Positions 9,989 through 20,409 of a stretch of 64,000 nt of DNA are shown here, piece after piece. Made by a program: the position numbers and the translations under genes. How positions within the stretch are numbered: position 1 is the stretch's first letter; every line of letters starts with the position of its first letter. Below the pieces are notes generated by a model. It saw only the letters and a list, made by a program, of their open reading frames with translations. It was not told the origin of the DNA and searched no databases. Origin of the DNA: Vampirovibrionales bacterium (GTDB lineage: Bacteria > Cyanobacteriota > Vampirovibrionia > Vampirovibrionales > Vampirovibrionaceae); NCBI GenBank assembly GCA_029262635.1, contig JAJCZA010000022.1, positions 58,222-122,221 of the forward strand, written 5' to 3'.

Positions 9989-10942
9989 TTAGCTTGCGGC
10001 TTCTGCCCCACCAACCACTTCTAGAATTTCCTGGGTAATCGAAGCCTGACGCGCCTTGTTGTACTGAACAGTCAGCTTATCAAGCATATCCGACGCATTA
10101 TTGGTTGCGTTAGCCATAGCGGTCATCCGGGCTGCCAGTTCACTGGCAGAGGATTCTAATAATAGTGTATAAATAGCGTTACTCAGATACATGGGAATCA
10201 AAATATCCAACGTCTTAGCCGAACTAGGCTCCAATAAAAGCTCTGGTCGAATGTTACCTTCAGGCGTTTTTTGCTCTATATCGGTTGTCACATAGCCTTG
10301 GTCCGAACGAATTTCAGGCATATACTCCTCAATGAGTCCTTTCACCGGAAGCACTGGGGTCATTTGAATTTTGTAAGAAATCATCGACTGAAAATGGGTC
10401 GAGAGAATTTCAATACTATCAATTTCGCCCTTCAGAAACGCTTGGGTTAAGGTTTCGGAAATTAAATTCGCATCATGATGAGAGGGACTCGCCGTCATGT
10501 CCACCATTGAACCTAGTGACGACGATTCACTATAGCTGGAAAATGCAGTAGAAACCTTACGCCCAACCAAATAGAACTTAGGCGTGAGTCCCTTCTCTTT
10601 AAGGGCTTCTTCCAGCCGGAACATTTGACGGATGACATTCGAGTTAAAGCCACCACACAGTCCCCGGTCAGAGCTAATCACCACAATGCCAATATTTTTG
10701 ATTGGCTTTGGGCTCAAGAGTTCCGCATAACGGGTACCTTCCAACTCACCTACATGGTGCTTTATTTCGTTATAAACCTGAGTGAAAACACTTCGGAGCT
10801 CTTGCCCATAGGGGCGAGCCGTCTTTACGCGCATTTCCGCTTTTTTCACTTTGGCAGCAGCAACCATACGCATGGCCTGAGTGATTTTTTGCGTATTTTT
10901 AACGCTTTTAATACGTCGCCGAATGTCTTTCAGGTTCGCCAT
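9989..10942 (-). CDS. atpG: F1 ATP synthase gamma subunit
   Basis: MANLKDIRRRIKSVKNTQKITQAMRMVAAAK... and a conserved gamma C-terminus. Confidence 0.9.
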   Translation of the reverse strand: MANLKDIRRRIKSVKNTQKITQAMRMVAAAKVKKAEMRVKTARPYGQELRSVFTQVYNEIKHHVGELEGTRYAELLSPKPIKNIGIVVISSDRGLCGGFNSNVIRQMFRLEEALKEKGLTPKFYLVGRKVSTAFSSYSESSSLGSMVDMTASPSHHDANLISETLTQAFLKGEIDSIEILSTHFQSMISYKIQMTPVLPVKGLIEEYMPEIRSDQGYVTTDIEQKTPEGNIRPELLLEPSSAKTLDILIPMYLSNAIYTLLLESSASELAARMTAMANATNNASDMLDKLTVQYNKARQASITQEILEVVGGAEAAS

Positions 10943-10957
10943 GGATAGTTAGCCTCT

Positions 10958-12490
10958 CTAGTCTGCCTCTTTTCCGCTAAAAACAGTATCCCGAAACTTG
11001 GCAAAATGCTCAATGATCTTTGTCTGTTCTTCGTTGGAAGGTTTTTTCCCTTCGTTCAGGGTTTTCTCAATGTCAGCCAGATTCGCACTGAGATAAGCGA
11101 ACCACTGTTCTTTGAAATCCTGAATGTCTTTATTATCCACTTTATTCAGGACACCCTTGTCTCCGGCAAGGAGGATGGTGTACTGCTGAGCAACCGAGAG
11201 CGGACTGTAAATGGGCTGTTTCAGCAGTTCGACCAGTTTACTTCCCTTTAAAAGCTGGTTTTGGGTGGCCTGATCTAAATCACTGGCAAACTGGGCAAAG
11301 GCTTCTAATTCACGGAATTGCGCCAGATCAAGTCGAAGTTTTCCGGCAACCGACTTAATCGCTTTAGTTTGCGCGGCGCCACCAACCCGAGATACCGAAA
11401 TACCAGCGTTAATCGCGGGTCTAATACCCGCATTAAACAGATCTGACTCCAAGAAAATCTGACCATCGGTAATCGAAATAACGTTGGTGGGAATGTAGGC
11501 AGAAACGTCGCCAGCCTGAGTTTCAATAATGGGCAGTGCAGTAATACTGCCCGCACCCAGTTTATCACTTAATTTTGCGGCTCGTTCTAACAATCGGGAG
11601 TGAAGGTAGAAAACATCACCCGGATAAGCCTCTCGACCCGGTGGGCGACGAAGTAGCAAGCTGGTCGCACGATATGCCCAAGCGTGTTTGGTTAAATCAT
11701 CATACACACAGAGAACGTGTTTGCCCTGCTCCATAAAATACTCGGCCATGGCAACAGCGGCAAAAGGAGCCAAGAACTGAAGCGGCGCCGGATCAATGGC
11801 ACTTGCCGCAACAATAATCGTATAATCCATAGCACCCCGGTCTTCCAGCGTTTTCTGGATTTGGGCAACGGAACTAGATTTCTGACCAATGGCGCAATAG
11901 ATACAAATAACATCCTGCCCCTTCTGGTTCAGAATCGTATCAATAGCAATCGCGGTTTTACCGGTTTGTCGGTCACCAATAATCAGCTCTCGCTGGCCTC
12001 GACCAACAGGTGTCATGGCATCAATAGCAGTAATACCGGTTTGAAGAGGTTCATGAACGGATTTCCGCTCAATGATACCCGGCGCTTTTTTCTCAATCGG
12101 AACCTGAGTACAGTTTTCCAGGTTACCCTTATTATCCAGTGTCCGGCCTAGCGGATCCACAACCCGACCAATAAGGGCATCACCAACAGGAACGGAGGCG
12201 ATACGACCGGTTGATTTAACTAATTGACCCTCTTTTACGTGAATAAATTCACCCAAAACAACTGCACCGACGTTGTCCTCTTCCAGGTTCAGCACCATTC
12301 CCATGGTGTTGTGACCATCCTCAAATTCAATCAATTCACCGGCCATTGCCCCTCGAAGGCCATAGATGCGGACAATTCCGTCACCAACCTCCATGACGCT
12401 TCCGACGTTGCTAACCGACATTTCACTTTCGTAATCGGCCAGCTTATTTTTGAGTACAGAACTGATTTCTTCCGCTCTTAATGATGCCAT
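10958..12490 (-). CDS. atpA: F1 ATP synthase alpha subunit
   Basis: P-loop GDRQTGKT, 510 aa, typical alpha-subunit sequence. Confidence 0.95.
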   Translation of the reverse strand: MASLRAEEISSVLKNKLADYESEMSVSNVGSVMEVGDGIVRIYGLRGAMAGELIEFEDGHNTMGMVLNLEEDNVGAVVLGEFIHVKEGQLVKSTGRIASVPVGDALIGRVVDPLGRTLDNKGNLENCTQVPIEKKAPGIIERKSVHEPLQTGITAIDAMTPVGRGQRELIIGDRQTGKTAIAIDTILNQKGQDVICIYCAIGQKSSSVAQIQKTLEDRGAMDYTIIVAASAIDPAPLQFLAPFAAVAMAEYFMEQGKHVLCVYDDLTKHAWAYRATSLLLRRPPGREAYPGDVFYLHSRLLERAAKLSDKLGAGSITALPIIETQAGDVSAYIPTNVISITDGQIFLESDLFNAGIRPAINAGISVSRVGGAAQTKAIKSVAGKLRLDLAQFRELEAFAQFASDLDQATQNQLLKGSKLVELLKQPIYSPLSVAQQYTILLAGDKGVLNKVDNKDIQDFKEQWFAYLSANLADIEKTLNEGKKPSNEEQTKIIEHFAKFRDTVFSGKEAD

Positions 12491-12547
12491 TGTTCGTGTC
12501 CTTTGCGAGTCTCTGATTTCTCGATTAAAACTTTATGCTTAATTTGA

Positions 12548-13096
12548 TTAACTAACCTGTTTCTTAAGGGCATTGAGTTTCCCAGCAAAACTGCCGTCAA
12601 TGACCTTGTCTTGAACTTTAATAATGGCCCCCCCCAACAGGGTCGAGTCCACTTTACGGGTCACATTGACCTGCGAAAAACCGTACAGCGTTTTTAGCGT
12701 GTTGGCCAGACGGTCTTCCTGTTGAGCATCCAACTCAACGGCTGTCGTCACTTCAGCAATGCCGATATTATGATGTTGATGAACCATTTCCTCATATTTA
12801 TCGGCCACAATAGGAAGTAACGGGAAACGATCATTCTCCACCATTAGCTTTAGCAAATTGCTAATCGCCGGTAAAACTTTCGACTCAAATTGCTCTTTTA
12901 CAAAATTGAGCTTTTCAGCTTGTGGAATAGCCGGGTTCACCAGAAAAACGGTTAAATCTGGAGTCTCACTTAATACCACTTTCACAGCCCGCAAATCGTT
13001 CAGTATCGGATCAAGAAGATTCTGCTCATCAGCCAATTCAAATAGCGCCTTAGCGTAACGGGAGGCTATTTGTGTGTCTTCTACTTTGGCGGTCAT
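12548..13096 (-). CDS. atpH: F1 ATP synthase delta subunit (OSCP)
   Basis: 182 aa, an OSCP-like helical N-terminus, and its position between b and alpha. Confidence 0.8.
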   Translation of the reverse strand: MTAKVEDTQIASRYAKALFELADEQNLLDPILNDLRAVKVVLSETPDLTVFLVNPAIPQAEKLNFVKEQFESKVLPAISNLLKLMVENDRFPLLPIVADKYEEMVHQHHNIGIAEVTTAVELDAQQEDRLANTLKTLYGFSQVNVTRKVDSTLLGGAIIKVQDKVIDGSFAGKLNALKKQVS

Positions 13097-13111
13097 GAAT
13101 CCGAATCCTTT

Positions 13112-13672
13112 CTAGTGGGTGTGAGCTAATTCATTGATAAACGATTCAACAGAACGGCCTTTATCGTCATCCGACAAGTTAACTAACTCTTTTTGCGCAT
13201 CTTCAATTGAATCCAGCAACAGCCGTTTTTCCAGTGTTTTCATTGCTGAGCGCTGTTCCACTTCAATCCGTTTTTTGGACATTTCAACAATTTTGGAGGC
13301 GTCCCGTTGGGCGTCAGCTAAAATTTGTTCAGAAAGCGTTTCTGCCGACGTCTTAGCGTCATTCAAAATACTTTCTACTTCATCCGATAAATTTTTGGTC
13401 TGTTTTTTAATGGTATTGAGTTCTTTTAGCGCCGCCTTCTTCTCCTGTTCCAGTGTTTCCACTTCCTTACGGATCTTTTCCTGCTGTGTATCAAAAATAC
13501 CCAACAGGTTGAACTTTTTAACCACATAGACCAAAAGAACAAAGGCAATCGCAATATTAATGGCGTTTGTCGATAAAAGCCAGTCAAAGAAGCTAAGCCC
13601 CTCACCGTGACCTGCAGATAGCAGGAAAAGAGGCAACTGTTGAGTTTCTTGAATCGTTAAAAGCAGGTTCAT
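13112..13672 (-). CDS. atpF: F0 ATP synthase subunit b
   Basis: Single N-terminal TM helix followed by a long charged coiled coil. Located in the operon. Confidence 0.75.
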   Translation of the reverse strand: MNLLLTIQETQQLPLFLLSAGHGEGLSFFDWLLSTNAINIAIAFVLLVYVVKKFNLLGIFDTQQEKIRKEVETLEQEKKAALKELNTIKKQTKNLSDEVESILNDAKTSAETLSEQILADAQRDASKIVEMSKKRIEVEQRSAMKTLEKRLLLDSIEDAQKELVNLSDDDKGRSVESFINELAHTH

Positions 13673-13682
13673 TACCTATTTT

Positions 13683-14120
13683 TTATCCTTTAGATGCCGC
13701 CGGAACCTTGCCGGCTACTTTCTGAACAATTAAACGAGCTAACTCGCTTCGGTCTTCGGCTAATTTCTGGTAGGCGTTCTCTTGCCACGATGACAACTCA
13801 GTCATTTGAGCTTCCAGCTCTTTCGCTGCTTGTTGGCGGGCAGCGGTTAACGTCTCAAACGCCGATTCTTTGGCTTTTTGCCGAATTTCCTGAAGCACGA
13901 GGTGGGAACGCTTGCGTGCATCTTTTAGCCCTTGCTCATATTCAGCTTTCATCTTTTCCAAGTCAGCCAAATGTGTTTCGGTACTTTTTCGATCTTCTTC
14001 TTTTTTCCGCTCCCGTTCGGCTTTAATTTGACGAATGGGCTCAAAATAAACAGAACGCATTAACAGCATAAAGACAAAAAAGCTGATTATGACGACAATA
14101 AGTGTTCCATCAATTTCCAT
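13683..14120 (-). CDS. atpF2: F0 ATP synthase subunit b-prime (second b-type stator subunit)
   Basis: Same N-terminal TM plus coiled-coil architecture, 145 aa, directly downstream of atpE. The b/b-prime pair is as in cyanobacteria and chloroplasts. Confidence 0.7.
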   Translation of the reverse strand: MEIDGTLIVVIISFFVFMLLMRSVYFEPIRQIKAERERKKEEDRKSTETHLADLEKMKAEYEQGLKDARKRSHLVLQEIRQKAKESAFETLTAARQQAAKELEAQMTELSSWQENAYQKLAEDRSELARLIVQKVAGKVPAASKG

Positions 14121-14225
14121 GGGCTAGGAAAATCCTTTTGTATAACGCTTGCGAACAAACGTACTGCTGAAACTAAAAAATGAAGACCTTACCCTTGTAA
14201 CAAAAACAAGGGTAAAATCCAATGT

Positions 14226-14525
14226 TTAGTGCTGAGCGGTAGCTTCAATCGCTTGGTTAGCCGCATCAGCAACCGCTTCAGCGCTACCAAAGTCAACGAT
14301 ACCAAAGGCAATCAGAGCAAAGCTGACAAATCCAAAAAGACCCAAAAGCTCAACAACACCGAGAGTAATAAAGTATTGCGGGGTAATGTTGCCCTGAATC
14401 TCCGGCTGACGAGCGATACTATCGAAATAATGACCGGTCATTAAACCAATACCAATACCGGGTCCAATCCCTGCAAAAGCGACAGCGAGGGCTGTTCCTA
14501 AAAATGCGGCTGTTTGTGCATCCAT
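14226..14525 (-). CDS. atpE: F0 ATP synthase subunit c, with a roughly 20-aa hydrophilic C-terminal extension
   Basis: GIGPGIGIG glycine zipper in TM1, ARQPE loop, conserved Glu in TM2 (VVELLGL). 99 aa versus the usual 70-85. Confidence 0.9.
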   Translation of the reverse strand: MDAQTAAFLGTALAVAFAGIGPGIGIGLMTGHYFDSIARQPEIQGNITPQYFITLGVVELLGLFGFVSFALIAFGIVDFGSAEAVADAANQAIEATAQH

Positions 14526-14582
14526 TGTTCTGTTCTCTCCTTTGATGAATCTCTTAATAATTGATAACGTAAAAACAAAAAA

Positions 14583-15275
14583 TTAGTGTGCGTCGTGCTC
14601 TTCCACCATCAGTGCAATGTAAACCGCACTCAGGATAGAAAAAATATACGCTTGAACGACAGCAACGAAAAGTTCAAGGCCGATCACTAAAATCGGTGCC
14701 ACCAATGGCATAATTTTTAGTGCAAGTGTGGATAGAATCTCACCAACAAAAATATTGAAATAAAGACGAATAAGTAGCGACCCGGGCCGGGTAATGTGCT
14801 CGATCAGATTAAGCGGCGCAAAAGCCCAGTGAGGGTGAAAGTGATGATTAATAAACCCGCCAATACCGGTTCGTTTAATGGCCATCGCCATATACATAAA
14901 AACAGAAATAAGCGCCAGAGCGGTGGTCGTATTGATATCCGCAGTGGCGGCCATGAAACTGCCCTCTGGAATCAAACCATCAAATAAACGAAGTGGGAGT
15001 TGACCCATCAGGTTAGCAGTCAAAATAAACAGAAACATAGAACCAATAAAGAATAGATATCCATCACCTTTAGGGCCTGCAGTCGCCATGGTCATACTTC
15101 TGCATAGGTCATAAAAACTTTCGCCCACCGTCTGAAGCTTGGATGGGACTACCTGTAACTGCCGAGTAGTCATAAACGCGAAGGCCAAAAGAAACAACAT
15201 GCTCAACCAAGCGGTGATCAGAATGTTCATATGAACATCAAGCCCCAAAAGTGTAGTATGCCAGAAGTGGCCCAT
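14583..15275 (-). CDS. atpB: F0 ATP synthase subunit a
   Basis: 230 aa polytopic protein with the conserved Arg in the penultimate helix region (LIRLYFNIFVGE). Confidence 0.9.
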   Translation of the reverse strand: MGHFWHTTLLGLDVHMNILITAWLSMLFLLAFAFMTTRQLQVVPSKLQTVGESFYDLCRSMTMATAGPKGDGYLFFIGSMFLFILTANLMGQLPLRLFDGLIPEGSFMAATADINTTTALALISVFMYMAMAIKRTGIGGFINHHFHPHWAFAPLNLIEHITRPGSLLIRLYFNIFVGEILSTLALKIMPLVAPILVIGLELFVAVVQAYIFSILSAVYIALMVEEHDAH

Positions 15276-15299
15276 CGATTGTTTTCTCTCCTGTTGCTA

Positions 15300-15740
15300 T
15301 TAGTTCGCTTCCGCGGACGCTTTATATGGCGTGCTCTTAAATGCTTGTTTAACGTATTCGATTACCAAGCCTACTTTGTAGCTCAAAAACCCGCAAATGA
15401 CAATCCCTGTTTCTTGCAGTCGAAAATCACCAAGCATAACGATAATGTATGCCAAAAGAACCATTCTTGTAAGAGAAAACACAACTTGCTCTCGACCTTT
15501 TGGGTGTTCTGCACTAAACATAAGGCTTCCCATAAAGAATATACCAACACAAATACCGGCTAAGGCATATTTTAAAAAATGGGGTTCATAAATTGTAATA
15601 CTGATCAAAAACAAACTGGAAACCACCGCCATCCGAATCCAAAGGGTGCGTTTTAATTGTTTAAAGTCCATCGGCGGAGCGAGAAGGCATTTAAACGATT
15701 TTTGAATCGGGCTTTTAGGATTGTTTGGGTTGGCTGTCAT
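15300..15740 (-). CDS. atpI: ATP synthase protein I-like small membrane protein
   Basis: 146 aa with 3-4 TM helices, immediately upstream of atpB. Confidence 0.5.
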   Translation of the reverse strand: MTANPNNPKSPIQKSFKCLLAPPMDFKQLKRTLWIRMAVVSSLFLISITIYEPHFLKYALAGICVGIFFMGSLMFSAEHPKGREQVVFSLTRMVLLAYIIVMLGDFRLQETGIVICGFLSYKVGLVIEYVKQAFKSTPYKASAEAN

Positions 15741-15957
15741 CGTAAGAGTCTGTATTATCGGATTTCTTATCTTTTATTTTCTGAGCATAAACCAAGGAGC
15801 GTTTATACAGGATACCAATGCCGGCGAACATGCCTATAATAGCAAAAAGCACGGTCCACATCGGCGAGGCATCAAATTGGTTGTGTAACCAGGCTCCCAA
15901 GCCAATGCCCAGCAGGATAGGAATCAAAATTTGGAGGGCATAATCCATGGCGCTCAA
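15715..15957 (-). CDS. AtpZ/ATPase-gene1 family small membrane protein
   Basis: 80 aa with two TM helices (LQILIPILLGIGLGAWL / VLFAIIGMFAGIGILY). First gene of the atp operon and overlaps atpI by 26 nt. Confidence 0.5.
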   Translation of the reverse strand: MSAMDYALQILIPILLGIGLGAWLHNQFDASPMWTVLFAIIGMFAGIGILYKRSLVYAQKIKDKKSDNTDSYDDSQPKQS

Positions 15958-16084
15958 TCTGTTTTATCAATTAAAATGCTTTTGAGTGGACGCTTTGGGG
16001 TTACTTTAGTTAAAATGGAAGATAATGTAAACGGTCGTATTATTTGTCTTGTTATCCTTATTTTAGAATCAACGGAGGTGCCTG

Positions 16085-16588
16085 ATGGCCAAAGAGTCCA
16101 GTTTTGATATTGTTTCGGAGTTTGATCAGCAGGAATTGGTCAACGCTCTGGATCAAACCCGACGGGAATTAGCCACCCGCTATGACCTGAAAGACAAAGG
16201 CTCTACCATTGAACTGGTTGAGGATAAAGAAATTGTCATCACGACCACCGATGATTTTTCATTGCGCAGTATCATTGAGATTATGGAAATTAAAGTGGTC
16301 AAACGAGGTCTCAGCCCGTTAATTTTGAGTCAAGAAGCGCCTGTGGAAGACTCATTGGGGGGCAAAATCCGCCAGAAAATAACCTTAAAAAAAGGGATTG
16401 ATAAAGAGCAGGCGAAAAAAATTGTAGCCCACATCAAGGACACCAAACTCAAGGTTCAGCCCAGTATTCAGGGCGAGCAAGTTCGTGTCAGCGGTAAAGA
16501 CAAAGACACCTTACAGGAGGTCATGACCGGAGTGCGTAGTCAGGCTGAAGTCTGGAACATCCCTCTCCAATTCAACAACTACCGCTAA
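16085..16588 (+). CDS. yajQ: YajQ family nucleotide-binding protein (UPF0234)
   Basis: MAKESSFDIVSEFDQQELVNALDQTRRELATRYDLKDKGS is a near-canonical YajQ N-terminus. 167 aa. Confidence 0.85.
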   Translation: MAKESSFDIVSEFDQQELVNALDQTRRELATRYDLKDKGSTIELVEDKEIVITTTDDFSLRSIIEIMEIKVVKRGLSPLILSQEAPVEDSLGGKIRQKITLKKGIDKEQAKKIVAHIKDTKLKVQPSIQGEQVRVSGKDKDTLQEVMTGVRSQAEVWNIPLQFNNYR

Positions 16589-16647
16589 CAAACGGCAAAG
16601 CCGCTTTTACTTAAGACCTATGGCGTTATTCGCTATTAGAAAGAGCA

Positions 16648-17703
16648 TTAGAGCTTCAAGATAAAATCAGAGACGTCTTCGGAAAAGGACGTTTTAGAAA
16701 AAATCCCATTATGCTCTCCCGCAGAATAAACAATCAGCTTTTTCTGACACGTTAATTCTTGCTCTAAGGCCTGACCATGGCTCAGAGGACACAGTCTATC
16801 GTTTTCTCCATGAAGGATTAACGTAGGCGATTGTATTTTCTCTGCTTTATCGATGGAATCAAATCTCTGGGTGATTTTTTTAGAGACGGGAAACCACCAT
16901 TGAGGGATTTTTAAATTTTCTCTAAGCTCTTTAACAATATCAGGTAAACTTTTAAACGTCGAAGCAAGGATAACAGCTTTAAAGCGTCTCTTTGATGCAA
17001 CATGAACTGTCACAGCACCACCTAACGAGCAACCGATGGCCACTTGTTCAGAAACAGGAACACCTTTTTCTTCTAAATAATCACTGACCGCTTCCAAGGA
17101 TTCATAAAGCGATTTTTCAGACGATTCCCCTTGGCTTTTTCCATAACCGGGGTAGTCATAAACAAACAAGCCAAACCCTTTGTCTAACCAGGAGTTTTTA
17201 GAAGACTCTTCCCCTATTGTCGCTAATCCTATGCCCGCTAAAATGTTACCACTATTACCATTCGAAAAAACAAGGGTCGGCTTTCTTTCCTTTGCTGGAA
17301 AATAAAGCCCATATAACTCAGTGCCTGACTTTGATTTTAAATTAACTTCATTTATTTTATATTTTTCAGGGAGATGAACATATTGATCTTGACCTTTCGA
17401 ATATAGCAATTTGGATTCAATTTGAGCCCTTCTTTTTTCAGGCAGAACAAAGACAATACCCGATGCAAGACCTAAAGTTAGCTTCCCAATAAAACGGTTC
17501 ATTTTTTTACGAAAACCAGAACCCAATTTCGTTTTTTGGGATAAAGGCTTCCCTTGGAACTTGTCCGCTCCAAAATGAATAGAATCCATGGGATTAGATG
17601 TTATTTCAATAAGAGGAGGCAACGAAGGCGAAGCGTCCTTTAAAACACCTCTAACCTCTTGAAAAGAAGGTCTATTTGAAATGCTAATGCCGTCTATACC
17701 CAT
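16648..17703 (-). CDS. alpha/beta hydrolase fold protein with an N-terminal membrane/anchor region
   Basis: GCSLGG nucleophile elbow (GxSxG) and downstream Asp/His positions consistent with the fold. Confidence 0.7.
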   Translation of the reverse strand: MGIDGISISNRPSFQEVRGVLKDASPSLPPLIEITSNPMDSIHFGADKFQGKPLSQKTKLGSGFRKKMNRFIGKLTLGLASGIVFVLPEKRRAQIESKLLYSKGQDQYVHLPEKYKINEVNLKSKSGTELYGLYFPAKERKPTLVFSNGNSGNILAGIGLATIGEESSKNSWLDKGFGLFVYDYPGYGKSQGESSEKSLYESLEAVSDYLEEKGVPVSEQVAIGCSLGGAVTVHVASKRRFKAVILASTFKSLPDIVKELRENLKIPQWWFPVSKKITQRFDSIDKAEKIQSPTLILHGENDRLCPLSHGQALEQELTCQKKLIVYSAGEHNGIFSKTSFSEDVSDFILKL

Positions 17704-17758
17704 ACCACAAAGTCCTTAGATGTTAGTTATAAGCAAGTTAAAGAGAGTGCCTATTATA

Positions 17759-18250
17759 TTATGAACTAATAACTGAATCAATGACATCGCAGAGTGGGTC
17801 CGGGTCGTCAGTACCAATGCGGATTCGGCTGGCGTTTTTCAGGGTAAGTTCCACAGCGTCCAAGCCATCAACGTTATAAAGCCAGCCTCCGGGGAACCAG
17901 CGAATGCCCCAACCCATCCAAAAAGTGTTTCGTACTTTTTCACAGGAGACAACGTCGTCTAAAGCAATATGCTTGGTGTAAAGCCCAAGCCCAAAGCGGG
18001 CAGACAAACGTTTTTTGTTTCCATCAAGGGTGACCGTGAGCCCATAAATAAACAGGGACACCAAAGCCAGTAGCGCTAAAAGCCCAAGTGCAACGGCGAT
18101 ACTGGCATTACCTGCCTTGCAATAGACCGTTCCAAATAGCCCTAATCCGACACCCAAAAGTAAAGGCGCCCAAGTCCATCGAGCATACTGGGTATGTTGA
18201 TAAATGGGGGGCAACAGGGTATCGCTCATAACAAAAAAACTTTCTATCAT
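17759..18250 (-). CDS. membrane protein, possible bacterial PH-domain (YdbS-like) family
   Basis: Two adjacent TM helices followed by a roughly 80-aa soluble domain. No catalytic motifs. Confidence 0.4.
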   Translation of the reverse strand: MIESFFVMSDTLLPPIYQHTQYARWTWAPLLLGVGLGLFGTVYCKAGNASIAVALGLLALLALVSLFIYGLTVTLDGNKKRLSARFGLGLYTKHIALDDVVSCEKVRNTFWMGWGIRWFPGGWLYNVDGLDAVELTLKNASRIRIGTDDPDPLCDVIDSVISS

Positions 18251-18562
18251 TCATACGGGGCGGGAGACGCATTTTGTTCATTATCTCATTAATAACAAAG
18301 CAGAACAAAATAAAAGGGCAAGGATTAAAAGAGATTTAAAACAACCTCTCCTCTATTGATAGGAGAGAATAGGGTAAGAGAATGCATTTTGTCCGTTAGG
18401 CAATGGAACTTTGAAAGAGAGAGGGGGTTATTGTTAAATTTTATGAACCTGTCGCCGAAGCCATTGGTAAATCAGGAAAAAATCCACACACTCTTAAAAA
18501 GTAGTTCGGTTGGAAGCAAGCCTCTAAAACGGCTGAGTGATTTGAAAGAAGGATAGAGCCCC

Positions 18563-19267
18563 ATGATATTTAAAGGACGCGTAAGTAACGACGGCGATGG
18601 CATGATGATTGCCACCCGAGGCATGCTGGCGACGGTAAAACAAATAGAAACCCACACCACCAACATCGCTCACTTTGGCTTACCAGGGTACCAACGTAAA
18701 GAGGCGGTGGTCACATCGTTTGTTGAACACCTGGGCGCCAATGCCGTAGACGAAGTGGTCAGTACCGAGATTGGCCGTATCCGTAAAAGTAACAACCCAC
18801 TAGACTTTGCCTTACGGCACCCAGGCTACTTTCAGCATATGAACACTTCCGGCTCGATCGAGCTAACACGAGACGGCCGAATGAAGCTGGACAAAGACGG
18901 CAATCTGCTCTCGTTAGCAGGCCATAAAATTTTATCCGACGGTGGCTCGCCTATACAATTTACGTTTATCCCGAAAAATCCAGACCGGGATATTACCGTA
19001 TCCGCTGACGGCGAGATTAAAGTATTTCACGTAAAAACCCAGCAAATGGTGAACATGGGACGCATTGGCGTGGTCAGCCAAACCGGCACCATTGCCGACA
19101 AGGTAGATATTCGCCAAGGGCACGTCGAAGATTCCAACGTGTATCTGCAACAGGAATTTACCCGAGTGGTTCCCTTGCGACGCCAGTTTGAAGCCAACCG
19201 GCAAATTTTTATCACCCAAAGCGACGTCCTCTCCCGAACCATTCAGGAACTGGGACGACCTCAGTAA
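18563..19267 (+). CDS. flgF: flagellar basal-body rod protein FlgF-like
   Basis: N-terminal rod motif (TNIAHFGLPGYQRKE) and the C-terminal rod-family helix (SNVYLQQEFTRVVPLRRQFEANRQIFITQSDVLSRTI). Confidence 0.75.
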   Translation: MIFKGRVSNDGDGMMIATRGMLATVKQIETHTTNIAHFGLPGYQRKEAVVTSFVEHLGANAVDEVVSTEIGRIRKSNNPLDFALRHPGYFQHMNTSGSIELTRDGRMKLDKDGNLLSLAGHKILSDGGSPIQFTFIPKNPDRDITVSADGEIKVFHVKTQQMVNMGRIGVVSQTGTIADKVDIRQGHVEDSNVYLQQEFTRVVPLRRQFEANRQIFITQSDVLSRTIQELGRPQ

Positions 19268-19308
19268 CCTATTTAGCGTTTTAAATCTTCTGTAAGGAGA
19301 ACCCCGTT

Positions 19309-20019
19309 ATGCTACACCACATTATGAAATTTTCCGCCGACGCGGCCAATATGCAGTTTGATGTTCTGGATCGGGTCACACAAAACGTCGCGAATTTGAA
19401 CACCAATGGCTACAAAATCAAGCGATTTGATCAATACATGCGAAGCGATGGTGTGGTTAGCGGGGTTGAGCGGTTTGATTATACCCAGGGTTCCATTATG
19501 GTTACTCGCCGTCAGTTGGATGTGGCCTTAAAAGGTGAGGGGTTTATTCCCGTCACCCAACCCGACGGGCAAATTGCCTTTACCCGAGACGGTAGTTTTA
19601 CTCGAAACAGTGATGGGCTGATTATTACCAATCACGGCGATATTGTCGGCGATGGCATTCAACTGCCCGTAAACTACAAAAAAATCATCATTACAGAAAA
19701 CGGTGAAGTGAAAGTCCAACTTGATAACAAACTGGAACCGGAACAACTCGGTCAAATTAAACTGGTCAATTTTGCAAACCCGGAAGGACTGGAGTCCATT
19801 GGCCAAAATAAGCTGGTTGCCACGGAAAAATCGGGTGAAGCCGTGCCCATGACCGACGAGATGACCCAATTCAAACAAGGAGCACTGGAACGATCTAACG
19901 TCAACGTGTTTGCCCAGATTGATCAGGTCTTACGCCTAAATGCGGGACTGCTCTCTAATATGAAAATCGTGAAGTTCACAGATGACGTGTACCGACAGGC
20001 CACTAACCTGAAACAGTAA
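19309..20019 (+). CDS. flgG: flagellar distal rod protein FlgG
   Basis: NVANLNTNGYK N-terminal motif and SNVNVFAQIDQVLRLNAGLLSNMKIVKFTDDVYRQATNL C-terminal motif. Confidence 0.8.
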   Translation: MLHHIMKFSADAANMQFDVLDRVTQNVANLNTNGYKIKRFDQYMRSDGVVSGVERFDYTQGSIMVTRRQLDVALKGEGFIPVTQPDGQIAFTRDGSFTRNSDGLIITNHGDIVGDGIQLPVNYKKIIITENGEVKVQLDNKLEPEQLGQIKLVNFANPEGLESIGQNKLVATEKSGEAVPMTDEMTQFKQGALERSNVNVFAQIDQVLRLNAGLLSNMKIVKFTDDVYRQATNLKQ

Positions 20020-20051
20020 CTTGAACCCCCTATAAAAAAGAGGATAACAAC

Positions 20052-20402
20052 ATGGATCCTTTCGGAAAATTTAACCCCATCAGCAATGTACTTAATGCCA
20101 TTTCCAGTAATCAGAAACTGGTTTCTGGCAATGTTGCCAATGCCCATACACCCGGCTACACAGCTAAATCAACCACGTTTTCTCAATTGCTTTATAACCA
20201 ACACAGCCCGTTTGAAACAACGATGTCCAAGAAAATGGGTTCATCACTTCAGCCGCTGGGCACCATGGAAACCGGTGAAACGGTCAACATGAAACACGAG
20301 ATGATTACAATGCAGAAAAATATGTTGTTCTATAGCATGACCACCCGACGGGCGGCCTCAATTTTTAATATGCTCAGAACATCCAGCCAAATCGGGAGGT
20401 AA
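20052..20402 (+). CDS. flgB: flagellar proximal rod protein FlgB
   Basis: SGNVANAHTPGYTAK motif. 116 aa. Confidence 0.8.
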   Translation: MDPFGKFNPISNVLNAISSNQKLVSGNVANAHTPGYTAKSTTFSQLLYNQHSPFETTMSKKMGSSLQPLGTMETGETVNMKHEMITMQKNMLFYSMTTRRAASIFNMLRTSSQIGR

Positions 20403-20409
20403 TGGATAG

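Noticed and set aside
11717-12151. 144-aa plus-strand ORF and similar ones at 12224-12481 and 13134-13529
   Set aside because: Antisense to atpA, atpH and atpF, with no motifs. Shadow ORFs.
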